DNA of 64,000 nt, taken from sequence record PQ488502.1, one strand, 5' to 3'. The stretch comes from Escherichia phage BUCT632. Each line of letters starts with the position of its first letter. Position 1 is the first letter of the stretch. The notes below the pieces were generated by a model that was not told where the DNA came from, searched no databases, and saw only the letters and a program-made list of their open reading frames with translations. This document shows positions 45,105-55,530 of the stretch, piece after piece. The translations under genes and the position numbers were made by a program.

Positions 45105-45512
45105 ATGACTAACGCAAAAACCGCAAAATTCGCATGGAACGAAGAAAACACTCAGAAAGCTGTTTCTATGTATCAGCAGTTAATCAACGAAAACGGTTTA
45201 GATTTCGCAAATAGCGACGGTTTAAAAGAGATTGCAAAAGCAGTAGGCGCGGCTTCTCCCGTATCCGTTCGGTCAAAATTGACCAGTGCAAAAGCCTATC
45301 AAAAAAGCGATAAGCCGCGTAAAGTTGGCGGCGGTAGCTCTGTGCGTAAAGCTCACTATGTGCGCGTTATCGCTAAACATGCTATCGATTCCGGCATTAT
45401 CAAAGACGCCGATGATCTGGCAAGTCTGGAAAGTGCAAAACTTGAAACGCTGGACGCAGTAGCGCAATTGTTAGGCGTTGCTGATGAAGTAAAACAAGCC
45501 GCAGGCGAATAA
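45105..45512 (+). CDS. Hypothetical protein
   Basis: 135-aa ORF with shared AGGAGTTTTTACC-ATG context. Confidence 0.5.
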   Translation: MTNAKTAKFAWNEENTQKAVSMYQQLINENGLDFANSDGLKEIAKAVGAASPVSVRSKLTSAKAYQKSDKPRKVGGGSSVRKAHYVRVIAKHAIDSGIIKDADDLASLESAKLETLDAVAQLLGVADEVKQAAGE

Positions 45513-45513
45513 T

Positions 45514-45557
45514 AGTTATACCTTGCCCCCTTCTAGTGAGGGGGCAATAATATAACT
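45514..45557. other. Long palindromic hairpin (no U-tract) after gene
   Basis: AGTTATACCTTGCCCCC...GGGGGCAATAATATAACT. Confidence 0.5.
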
Positions 45558-45602
45558 GTTTAGCGATAGTTATTTTCTTCCCTTAAATCAGGAGTTTTAA
45601 AA

Positions 45603-45800
45603 ATGATTTTCTTCCCTACTGAATCTTTGATTCTAGGCTTGTTTATTATGGCGGCCTCATTATTGTTCGCTTATTTTCAAAATGATTTAGATTCGTATTA
45701 TTTTAAACGTAAATCTAAGTTAGCAAAACGTTTAGGTCTGCTTTGTTTTATCGCTGCCGTTGCTTGTGGTGTTAGTTCTAGCCTAGTGCCTTTAAATTAA
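45603..45800 (+). CDS. Hypothetical small membrane protein
   Basis: 65-aa ORF, two hydrophobic segments. Confidence 0.35.
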   Translation: MIFFPTESLILGLFIMAASLLFAYFQNDLDSYYFKRKSKLAKRLGLLCFIAAVACGVSSSLVPLN

Positions 45801-45890
45801 TGTTGCAAATTATAACGCCTATTATTTGAGGCGTTATATTTGGCAATATTGCCATTATTAATCTAATCCCTTTAATGGAGTTTTATTACT

Positions 45891-47561
45891 ATGATTATTT
45901 CCGCAGAAAAACAAACCGTTATCCTGAAAATGGCCGCTGACTTTAATTTCTATGGTAAACGTCTGCGCGCTACTAAACTGGAGGTCTGCGACGATATATC
46001 AAAAGCAGTCTACGATACAACGAAACATTCTACCGCCATTTGTGATTGGCTGGAAGCAAACAAACCAGCTAAACCGAAAGCGGCAAAAGTAGCAAAAGCC
46101 ATTAAAAACGACGAGCGCCCCGAAGCGGCTGGGATTGTTTCTAGTACGGTTGAGCAATGGGAAGTAAAACAGGGTAAACGTTTTATTATTACGTCGATTC
46201 AGAATAATACTTTCCCGCATAAAAACTTTTTAGCAAGTCTGGAAAAATTCGCTGAATATATCGGTGCCGATTTGCTTGTTTCTAAGTATATTTATAATAA
46301 AAACGGCTTCCAAAATGGAGAAGGTGCAGACGGAATCAAATATGATTCTGCGTTTGATAAATATATTTGCAGCAAAAACGTGTTTTTAAATAACCGCCGT
46401 TTTGCTTTCATGGCTGAAATTAATGTTTTGCCTACCGCAGATTATCCGCTTTCTGGATTCGCAGAAACTGCAACGGCTTTAAATATTGAAGGTCTGGCAA
46501 TTGGTCACGCTAAAATTACCGCTGAAAGCGTACCAGCTTTAAAAGGTGAAGTAGTGCGCCGTATGTACTCAACCGGAACGGCAACCCTCAAAAACTACAT
46601 TCAGCAGAAAGCAGGACAAAAGGCCGAGGCGCTGCATAACTTCGGTGCGCTGATTGTTGAGTTCGACGAGGACGGGGAATTTTTTGTTCGCCAGCTTGAA
46701 ACGATGGACGAAAGCGGGGTATTTTATGATCTGAATGTGTGCGCTACTCCTGCCGGATGCTATGAGACATCGGGGCATGTTTTAGGCTTGCAGTATGGTG
46801 ATATTCATGCAGAAAAACTAGATGAGGCTTGCGCTCAAGCGTCTTGGGGTCATGGTGATACTTATGGGCTTGTGGATATTCTCAAACCGAAATATCAGTT
46901 TGTACATGATGTGCATGATTTTACATCCCGCAATCATCATAACCGCGCTTCTGGTGTATTCCTAGCGAAACAGTACGCCGCCGGACGTGATAAGGTTATT
47001 GATGATCTTATCGATACGGGGCGCGTGCTGGAATCAATGGAGCGTGATTTTTCTCAAACAATCATTGTTGAATCAAATCACGATTTGGCGTTATCCCGTT
47101 GGCTGGATGATCGAAATGCTAACATCAAAGACGATCCAGCAAACGCCGAACTATATCACAGCCTAAACGCTGCAATCTATGCGGCTATTGCAAAGCAGGA
47201 CGATACTTTCAACGTGCTAGATTATGCCTTGCGTAAGGTAGCAGGTTGTGAATTTAACGCCATTTTCCTGACCACTGACCAATCATTTAAAATTGCAGGC
47301 ATTGAATGCGGCGTACACGGTCACAACGGCATTAACGGCAGCCGTGGCAACCCGAAACAATTTAAGAAATTGGGCAAGTTAAACACGGGGCATACGCATA
47401 CCGCCAGCATTTACGGTGGCGTTTATACCGCTGGCGTTGCTGGTAGTCTGGATATGGGTTACAACGTTGGCGCGTCAAGCTGGACGCAAACGCATTTAAT
47501 TACATACGCCAACGGCCAGCGCACTTTGATTGACTTTAAAAACGGCAAGTTTTTCGCATAA
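45891..47561 (+). CDS. A1: A1-like pre-early protein with calcineurin-like metallophosphoesterase motifs
   Basis: 556 aa (length matches recalled T5 A1); motifs GDIHAEKLD, HDVHDF, GHTHTASIY. Confidence 0.6.
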   Translation: MIISAEKQTVILKMAADFNFYGKRLRATKLEVCDDISKAVYDTTKHSTAICDWLEANKPAKPKAAKVAKAIKNDERPEAAGIVSSTVEQWEVKQGKRFIITSIQNNTFPHKNFLASLEKFAEYIGADLLVSKYIYNKNGFQNGEGADGIKYDSAFDKYICSKNVFLNNRRFAFMAEINVLPTADYPLSGFAETATALNIEGLAIGHAKITAESVPALKGEVVRRMYSTGTATLKNYIQQKAGQKAEALHNFGALIVEFDEDGEFFVRQLETMDESGVFYDLNVCATPAGCYETSGHVLGLQYGDIHAEKLDEACAQASWGHGDTYGLVDILKPKYQFVHDVHDFTSRNHHNRASGVFLAKQYAAGRDKVIDDLIDTGRVLESMERDFSQTIIVESNHDLALSRWLDDRNANIKDDPANAELYHSLNAAIYAAIAKQDDTFNVLDYALRKVAGCEFNAIFLTTDQSFKIAGIECGVHGHNGINGSRGNPKQFKKLGKLNTGHTHTASIYGGVYTAGVAGSLDMGYNVGASSWTQTHLITYANGQRTLIDFKNGKFFA

Positions 47562-47568
47562 TTAAATT

Positions 47569-47594
47569 TATAAGCTGGAAATATTTCCAGCTTA
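47569..47594. other. Perfect palindromic hairpin after A1-like gene
   Basis: ATAAGCTGGAAATATTTCCAGCTTAT. Confidence 0.5.
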
Positions 47595-47626
47595 TACCCT
47601 TATTAAATTAATTGGAGTTTATAACT

Positions 47627-48019
47627 ATGAAAAAGCAAAATATCCCATTCGATCGCGCTCAATCCTCAATCGTTCTGGTTTATTCTAATGGTGAACGTTA
47701 CCACGTCGAGGCGGGGCACGTTGTTGATGATTTAATCGAGTTTAACGAGGCGTTACAGATCACGACTTTCGCCTATACGCAAGGCCGCGCAAGTAGTCAC
47801 ATCAAGGCCGCTGGCGTTTATGTTGACACGGTGAAACAAGAAACGATTATCATCGACGCCGTAAAATCCGGCCTAGCCTTTGCAGTTGTCGCGCCTTGCC
47901 CCGCTTGCCTAGATGATCAGCTAACGAGTGCAAAGGTATATACCTGCGCGGGTATTCGTTCCAGTGTATCAGGTGAGGATGTTAGTTTTATCGCTGATGC
48001 GTTGGCTTATGGTCTTTAA
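47627..48019 (+). CDS. A2: A2-like pre-early protein (by position and size)
   Basis: 130-aa ORF immediately downstream of A1-like gene; ATG 47627 after GGAG. Confidence 0.45.
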   Translation: MKKQNIPFDRAQSSIVLVYSNGERYHVEAGHVVDDLIEFNEALQITTFAYTQGRASSHIKAAGVYVDTVKQETIIIDAVKSGLAFAVVAPCPACLDDQLTSAKVYTCAGIRSSVSGEDVSFIADALAYGL

Positions 48020-48098
48020 TAGTTAATTTATTATTACCCGCTTATAAATAGCGGGTAATGCTGAATTAATCTAATCCCTTAAATGGAGAACGTAACAA

Positions 48099-48833
48099 AT
48101 GAATAAAGCTATTATGAATATTTCCCGCAGCTTCCCGCATATTTCCCGCGTCATGATTTGGGATTTAGACGGCACTATCATTAATTCTTTCCATCGTGTA
48201 GCGCCTTGCTTTGATAGTGAGGGCAATTTAGATTTAAATAAGTATAAAAATGAAGCGTGTAAACATCATTTAATAATGCAGGATTCTTTATTGCCATTGG
48301 TTGAATACATGCGCCAATGTATGAATGACGCAAATACTTTAAATATTATTTGTACCGCTCGACTAATGAGCAAGTCGGACTATTATTATTTGCGTAAACA
48401 AGGTCTGCGCGGTCGTGGTAATAGTAATATCCGCGTGTTTTCCCGCGATACACTGCATAAATATTTTAAAGCTGATAAGGTTAGCGAGATATACCACAGC
48501 AAAGACGCAGTTTATAAATCTTATTATTTTGAATTATTTAAACAGCTATATCCGAACGCTGATTTTACGATGATTGATGATCATAAAGGCGTATTATCAG
48601 CGGCGGCATCATACGGATTTAAAACGCTGGACGCGCAAGCCGTTAACGATATTCTATCAATCGGGGTGGCATTGATAGGTGAAACCTTTATCGATGAATC
48701 GCTCGATGATGATAATGATTATCAGTTCCTAGCCGATCGTTTGAAATTATGTTGGGAAGGTATGACCGAGGAAGAACGCGCAGAATATAGTTGCAGCCCG
48801 CAACAATACATGGAGAAATTAAAAGTTGCATAA
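48099..48833 (+). CDS. dmp: HAD-family 5'-deoxynucleotidase (dmp-like)
   Basis: 244 aa; HAD motif I MIWDLDGTII near N-terminus; size and position consistent with recalled T5 dmp. Confidence 0.5.
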   Translation: MNKAIMNISRSFPHISRVMIWDLDGTIINSFHRVAPCFDSEGNLDLNKYKNEACKHHLIMQDSLLPLVEYMRQCMNDANTLNIICTARLMSKSDYYYLRKQGLRGRGNSNIRVFSRDTLHKYFKADKVSEIYHSKDAVYKSYYFELFKQLYPNADFTMIDDHKGVLSAAASYGFKTLDAQAVNDILSIGVALIGETFIDESLDDDNDYQFLADRLKLCWEGMTEEERAEYSCSPQQYMEKLKVA

Positions 48834-48847
48834 TAATTAAAGTTGAA

Positions 48848-48884
48848 ATAGTCACGGTGTGTAACGATAACATGCCGTGACTAT
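48848..48884. other. Hairpin with 10-bp perfect stem after dmp-like gene
   Basis: ATAGTCACGG...CCGTGACTAT. Confidence 0.5.
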
Positions 48885-48984
48885 TAGCTTGCTAAGTACC
48901 GGGCGGTAATGAGACTTATTCTCATCTCGGGGGGCACTGGACACACCTCCATGTGTAATCTTATGAAATTTGGCAAAAGTCAAA

Positions 48985-49230
48985 TTAGCGCATAGAAGGG
49001 TCATCAAACCTGTGTTCTGGTCTGAACTCACGGAATCTCTTCCGCGACGCCCGAGATCCATCCGACCACTCCCGATCAAACTCCGCACGTTTCTCGTCAA
49101 ACTTCCGCTCCCTTTCCGCAATCTCCCGCGCCACTTCCGCAATATATTTACGATGCTTGTTGATTGCCGCAGTCGTCCCGAAAACTCCCGCGAGTACCCC
49201 TATAATAAAAGCAATTACAATACTAAACAT
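48985..49230 (-). CDS. Hypothetical membrane-anchored protein
   Basis: 81-aa minus-strand ORF, N-terminal TM then Arg/Glu-rich tail; two shorter membrane ORFs follow upstream on the same strand. Confidence 0.35.
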   Translation of the reverse strand: MFSIVIAFIIGVLAGVFGTTAAINKHRKYIAEVAREIAERERKFDEKRAEFDREWSDGSRASRKRFREFRPEHRFDDPSMR

Positions 49231-49639
49231 TATTTATATTCCCGTAGCTTACGTTCAATACGAGCTAAGTGGTTATCCAAGACACATTGCCCTAGAATTA
49301 CCACAACTAATAAAACAATAATTATTACCTCCATTAAAGCCACCCCGCCATAGCTGCTAACCAAAAGCCTACGAAGATTAGGAATAATACAAAACCAAAT
49401 CCGTAAATATTAATCCACGCTTCATACACTTCTCCGCGTCTGCTCTTTCTTTTGTTTGGCATATCTTTCACTCTCCAATAAATATGGTATTTTAAAGTAT
49501 TTTATAGTTTGTACATAACCAACCATGCTCGTGACTTCCTAGAAGGACTTCTACTTTTCTCACATAGTGGTTTCTGCTAGTACACCATCCAAGAAATAAA
49601 AAATTTAGTTTACTTGGATGTCTTTTTGCTTTATACTAA

Positions 49640-49906
49640 TTACAGGTAGTTAGATTGCTCTAGTTTAAATTTACAATCACCATATTTAAGGTCAAACTGA
49701 CTGAGATCCCACCACCCAAACTTAGTACGGAGCTGTACTACTGGGAATCGATCTCCCTTAATACGAACTTTTTGAACCTTGAGGCCGTAATGTTCTTCTC
49801 CCGCACCACCAAAAGATTTTACAAATCCAGTACAAAATGGTTTGGGAGCAGGTGCACAACCAGATAACATAACTGCGGCAACTAGTGCAATCACAAACTT
49901 TTTCAT
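49640..49906 (-). CDS. llp: Lipoprotein, Llp-like (candidate receptor-blocking superinfection exclusion protein)
   Basis: signal peptide with lipobox LSGC; small; divergent from adjacent receptor-binding protein gene as recalled for T5 llp-oad. Confidence 0.5.
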   Translation of the reverse strand: MKKFVIALVAAVMLSGCAPAPKPFCTGFVKSFGGAGEEHYGLKVQKVRIKGDRFPVVQLRTKFGWWDLSQFDLKYGDCKFKLEQSNYL

Positions 49907-49991
49907 ATTTATCTCTCCATTTCTAATTTATGAGTATATTATAGCAAAATAGAGAGATGAAAGCAAATACATTTTTATAATAGGAGATTAT

Positions 49992-51749
49992 ATGGGTTTT
50001 TTCGCTGGAAAATATAGCGATGGTAAGACCGTACTATCTTTAAATACTGAATCTGGTGGTGACATTAATCGTCACTATAGTCCAAATGCCAATAGTATTT
50101 TTCATAGTGATATGCCATTTGTCCTAGTTGATGGTACTTATGAGTCTGGGTTAGGTGATGCCGGTAATGGGTTTTTTGTATGTCAGATGCCCTCTGACAT
50201 AATAAATATTAAATCCAATGACCCCGGTAGAGTTATATTAACTGCTATTGAGATTAATGGTACTCACAGAGCTTTTCTTAATGGTACTCAGAGTAAGGTG
50301 GGTCAAACTATAGTTGCCACTCAAGCAGATCCTTTTAGATCTTTTGCTAGTGTTTCCCAGACTAGTGGATTTGCATTTGGTAATAGCCTGGCATCTGGTA
50401 CATATAACTATAATCCATCTATAGGACATGAAGAATCTATTTCTAGGAATGGTACAGGGGGTACTACCTTACATAGTACGTATCATGGTATAGTTAGGCC
50501 AGGTGCAGGAGCTCCAGTAGGTATTACTGTTGCAGAAGCTTTTGCACAGTTAGGATTCCCTACTAATAGTAGTACAGTACCTATAGATAGTAATAACCAA
50601 TATTACTGGGACCCAGGATGGATGTCTCCTTTAGGATCAGCACACAGAGGGCACGATTGGTTTTATGTTTGTAACTCTAACATACGTGGGTATGGTGGGG
50701 TAAGACAAGGTCTTCCTGGTAATGTAAATACTATGTATCATGATGGGGGTAATAGATTTGTTTGTAGAGGTTCTACAACTAATTTAGCTAATCAATCTGG
50801 TAACGCTACAATATTACAGGATTGGTATAACATAACCCCTACTAAAGTTATTTGGTACGTTTTGAATTTAAGATACTCAAATGGTAATATGGGTATTTCT
50901 GGTAATCCTTTTACTGGCTCAGATATTCTTATCTCTCCCTCTAATTTTACTATAAAAGGGGTTAGTTTACCGAATACTGGGTATAAGTTTATCAACCAAA
51001 ATGCTTTTGGTAACTTAGGTTATAGACCAGATATGGAATATATTGGAAATAACGCAGCGTACACCGGGGCCTTTGGGGATACCACTGCAAGATGTGAACT
51101 TGTAGGTTCTAGTAACGGGAGTTTATGGTCTCCTGTAGACTATGGAGGGGCTAAGTCTCAAATTAGTATTTACAAATTCGGAGCTGGTAAGCAATGGTAT
51201 GTAAATTCTAATGATAATACTATCGGTAATGAACACGGGGTTGTTTGGGGGCCTTCAGCAGTTCCACTACGACTTTTTAGCGGAAATGTTGGTAGTTCTT
51301 ACATGGGGGATGATATTACTCCCAGCTATCCAGGAACTGGAGATAGATACGTTGGTTTATCAACTATTGGGCTAGGTATACCGGGTGGCAATGCTACTGT
51401 AATTCTTACCACTGAAGTTATATCAGGTAATCTTAACTGTGCAGGTGTTCCTGCTAATACATGGAATAACGGTGTGTTTCAAGTGCAGGGAAGAAGAGCA
51501 TATAGTTATAGTAATGGAGACGCGATATTCCACCAGATTTTAACACTACCAGTAGGGTATTTAGTACCTTTTCATACTACATCTGCTTTTAGATACACAC
51601 CTAACAATGCCCTAAGTAGAAATAGTTTTATATACACTGCTAAAAATCTGGGGAACGGAAATGTAGAGTTAGGGGTAGTTATGCACGTAAGTTTAGGTAG
51701 TGCAGTTTTTCTACCTAGATTAAGAGTAACAGTTCAACGCCTTACCTAA
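49992..51749 (+). CDS. Receptor-binding tail protein (pb5/Oad-like candidate)
   Basis: 585-aa Gly/Asn/Ser/Thr-rich ORF between Llp-like gene and terminase genes. Confidence 0.45.
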
Positions 51750-51759
51750 AGGAGGAAAT

Positions 51760-52242
51760 ATGGCAAATGATGTATTAGTACCAGATCTTATGTCCCCTGA
51801 AGGGATGGATGTGATTGAAGCTTATTTACAGTGCGGTAGCGATGTGCCTTCTGCCGCACGTAGTCTTGGAATGTCCGAAATTGCTTTCCGAGATATTATG
51901 AATCGTAGTGAAGTTAAGAATTACTTAAACGATATTTTTATGGAAAGTGGTTTCCGTAACAGGGATCGTTTATTTGGTGTTCTGGATGAAGTTATTAAGC
52001 GTAAGCTGGAGGAACTGGAAGAAACTGGCATGGGTTCTGACCAAGATATTATGGATATTCTCTGGAAAGCACATAAAATGAAAATGGAAGAAATGAAAAT
52101 GATGGTAGAATTGGAGAAAGTGAAGGCAGCAGCCCGTACTCCAGCTAACCAGACCAATATCCAGAATAATATTATTGCTGGAGCTGGGGATCAAAACTAC
52201 ATGGACTTAATTACTTCCCTAGCTACTGGAGGTAAGAAGTAA
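51760..52242 (+). CDS. Terminase small subunit (candidate)
   Basis: 160-aa ORF immediately upstream of and abutting large terminase; GGAGG RBS. Confidence 0.45.
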
Positions 52243-53558
52243 TGGAAGTATCAAGACCCTACGTTAATACGGTAGATGTTATTGATTTCGGGATAGATAA
52301 ACGTTTCTTTCGTCTACCTGTTTCAGGAATACTAGCACAAGAAGGTATTACACCTAATGGTCCTCAAATAGCGATTATCAATGCGCTAGAAGACCCTAGA
52401 CATCGTTTTGTAACGGCGTGTGTATCACGCCGTGTGGGCAAGTCCTTCATCGCGTATACTCTTGGGTTCCTAAAATTGCTGGAACCTAATGTGAAGGTGT
52501 TGGTAGTTGCTCCTAACTACTCACTGGCCAACATCGGGTGGTCTCAGATTCGTGGTCTTATTAAAAAGTACGGCCTACAAACCGAACGTGAGAACGCTAA
52601 AGATAAAGAGATTGAGCTAGCAAACGGCTCACTGTTTAAACTAGCTTCTGCGGCGCAGGCTGACTCCGCAGTTGGACGTTCATATGACTTTATCATCTTC
52701 GATGAGGCGGCAATTTCCGACGTTGGTGGTGATGCCTTTAGAGTTCAGTTGCGTCCTACTCTAGATAAGCCTAATTCTAAGGCTCTATTTATCTCTACTC
52801 CTCGTGGGGGTAACTGGTTTAAAGAGTTTTATGCCTATGGATTTGATGATACATTACCTAACTGGGTATCTATTCATGGTACATATCGTGATAACCCACG
52901 TGCTGATCTGAATGACATCGAAGAAGCACGTCGTACAGTTAGTAAAAACTACTTCCGTCAGGAATATGAGGCTGACTTCTCTGTATTCGAAGGTCAGATC
53001 TTTGATACCTTTAATGCTATCGATCATGTTAAAGATCTCAAAGGTATGCGTCACTTCTTTAAAGATGATGACGCATTCGAAACGTTGCTTGGTATTGACG
53101 TTGGTTATCGTGATCCTACAGCAGTTCTTACTATTAAGTACCACTATGATACAGATACCTACTATGTATTAGAAGAGTACCAGCAGGCAGAGAAAACTAC
53201 AGCGCAACATGCTGCGTATATTCAGCACTGTATAGATCGTTATAAAGTTGATCGTATTTTTGTTGACTCTGCAGCAGCTCAGTTCCGTCAGGACTTAGCT
53301 TATGAACATGAAATTGCATCAGCTCCAGCTAAAAAATCTGTCCTAGATGGTCTAGCATGTTTACAGGCACTATTCCAACAGGGAAAGATTATTGTAGACG
53401 CTTCATGCTCTTCATTAATCCATGCATTGCAGAACTACAAGTGGGATTTCCAAGAAGGTGAAGAGAAATTATCACGTGAAAAACCACGTCATGATGCTAA
53501 CTCTCACCTCTGTGATGCGCTGCGCTATGGAATTTACTCTATTTCCCGTGGTAAATAA
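52242..53558 (+). CDS. Terminase large subunit
   Basis: 438 aa; Walker A-like VSRRVGKSF and DE motif FIIFDEAA; position before portal/capsid genes. Confidence 0.7.
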   Translation: MEVSRPYVNTVDVIDFGIDKRFFRLPVSGILAQEGITPNGPQIAIINALEDPRHRFVTACVSRRVGKSFIAYTLGFLKLLEPNVKVLVVAPNYSLANIGWSQIRGLIKKYGLQTERENAKDKEIELANGSLFKLASAAQADSAVGRSYDFIIFDEAAISDVGGDAFRVQLRPTLDKPNSKALFISTPRGGNWFKEFYAYGFDDTLPNWVSIHGTYRDNPRADLNDIEEARRTVSKNYFRQEYEADFSVFEGQIFDTFNAIDHVKDLKGMRHFFKDDDAFETLLGIDVGYRDPTAVLTIKYHYDTDTYYVLEEYQQAEKTTAQHAAYIQHCIDRYKVDRIFVDSAAAQFRQDLAYEHEIASAPAKKSVLDGLACLQALFQQGKIIVDASCSSLIHALQNYKWDFQEGEEKLSREKPRHDANSHLCDALRYGIYSISRGK

Positions 53559-53672
53559 ATAAGTATAGGATGGGATACTACTCAGTTGGTATCCCATTCC
53601 TGCATTTTAAAATCCCCTTTACAAATTCGATACGATTATGTATACTATATTCATACAGTTGAGGAGAACACT

Positions 53673-54026
53673 ATGGCAAGCAATATAAAATATAAACGCG
53701 ATGCTATATCCCTTATGAGAGACGGAATAAAAAGTCAATATAAAAAAGACTCTCAATGTGCTATCTGCGGTTGTGCTGAAGAATTAGAGCTTCATCATTA
53801 CCATACGGTGTCTCTACTAGTTAAGGCATGAGCTAGTAGAAGACACTGTTACCCTTTGTGTACACCATCACCAATTATTACATAAGGTTTACACAAAAGA
53901 ACCTCCTTTATTTTCTGCTAATAAGCAAAAAGTGTGGGTTCAAAAGCAGAAAGACAAATTACAGAATCCTCAAGAAAAGACACAAGTCAAGACTGAAACA
54001 AAATCAGGATTCGCAAGGTTCTTATA
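53673..54026 (+). pseudogene. HNH endonuclease-like gene split by a frameshift near 53820-53833
   Basis: frame 0 gives ...CAICGCAEELELHHYH then stop at 53831; frame +1 continues ...TLCVHHHQLLH... to stop at 54026. Confidence 0.4.
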
Positions 54027-55039
54027 ATGGGTTTTAAAAGCTGGATTACTGAAAAGCTAAATCCGGGTCAACGTATTATAAGAGACATGGAACCAGTTAG
54101 TCATCGCACTAACCGTAAGCCTTTTACCACTGGACAAGCCTACAGTAAAATTGAGATTCTCAATAGAACTGCTAATATGGTTATAGATAGTGCGGCGGAG
54201 TGTTCTTATACTCATGTACGACCTAATCCGTAGACTTGTAGTCACTGACCTACTTTTTGAAGGTTGTGCATACATCTATTGGGATGGCACAGCACTTTAT
54301 CATGTCCCTGCTGCACTAATGCAAGTAGAGGCAGATGCCAATAAGTTTATCAAAAAATTTATATTTAATAATCAGATAGACTATCGCGTAGATGAGATTA
54401 TCTTTATAAAGGATAACAGTTACGTGTGTGGCACAAATTCTCAAATTTCTGGACAATCTCGTGTTGCTACTGTTATTGACTCTCTTGAGAAGCGTTCTAA
54501 GATGCTTAACTTTAAAGAGAAGTTCCTCGATAACGGAACCGTGATTGGTCTTATTCTTGAGACGGATGAAATCCTGAACAAGAAATTGCGTGAGCGTAAA
54601 CAAGAAGAATTACAACTAGATTATAATCCTAGTACAGGTCAGTCCTCTGTCCTGATTAGACTAAGTACTGCTTGATGGTGGTAATAATGCGAACATTCGA
54701 CCAAACATCGAATTGTTCTACTATATGACTATCATCCCTATGCTGAACAAGCTGACTAGTTCTCTTACTTTCTTTTTTGGTTATAAGATTACTCCTAATA
54801 CTAAGGAAGTAGCTGCATTAACACCAGATAAAGAATCTGAGGCTAAACATTTAACCTCATTGGTTAATAATGGTATTATAACTGGTAATGAAGCTCGTTT
54901 AGAGCTGAACCTTGAACCTTTAGATGATGAGCAGATGAATAAGATTCGTATTCCTGCTAACGTTGCTGGTTCTGCAACAGGTGTATCCGGTCAAGAAGGT
55001 GGTAGACCTCAAGGTTCCACCGAGGGAGATAAAGAATGA
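54027..55039 (+). pseudogene. Portal protein gene region, coding potential split across three reading frames
   Basis: ORFs 54027..54233, 54190..54675, 54713..55039 in three frames sit where portal is expected; an ATG at 53828 would give a 403-aa portal if frames were continuous. Confidence 0.4.
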
Positions 55040-55527
55040 TTGATTATAGTGGTCTAAAGACCATTTTTGGTGAAAAACTGCCAGAATCTCATATCTTCTT
55101 TGCTACGGTTGCTGCGCATAAATATGTTCCTAGCTATGCTTTTCTGCGTAGAGAACTAGGACTTTCATCTGCGCATACTAACCGTAAAGTATGGAAGAAA
55201 TTTGTAGAGGCTTATGGTGCAGCAGTTCCTCCTGCTCCGCCTGCTCCGCCCTTAACTCTTTCTAAAGATTTAACTGCTAGCATGTCTGTTGAAGAGGGAG
55301 CAGCGTTAACACTTTCTGTTACTGCAACCGGTGGCACTGGTCCGTATACTTATGCTTGGACTAAAGATGGTGCTCCTATTCCAGATGCTACAGATGCTAC
55401 CTATACTAAGCCTGCAGCAGCTACTGAGGATTCTGGAGTCTATAAAGTAACGGTAACAGATAGCAAGAAAGTTAGTAAGGATTCTACTGCATGCACAGTA
55501 ACGGTTAATCCCGGTGTTGGAGGCTAA
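55036..55527 (+). CDS. Capsid decoration protein with C-terminal Ig-like domain (pb10-like)
   Basis: 163 aa; Pro-rich linker then Ig-like segment LTLSVTATGGTGPYTYAWTKDG...VYKVTVTD. Confidence 0.55.
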   Translation: MIDYSGLKTIFGEKLPESHIFFATVAAHKYVPSYAFLRRELGLSSAHTNRKVWKKFVEAYGAAVPPAPPAPPLTLSKDLTASMSVEEGAALTLSVTATGGTGPYTYAWTKDGAPIPDATDATYTKPAAATEDSGVYKVTVTDSKKVSKDSTACTVTVNPGVGG

Positions 55528-55530
55528 TAA

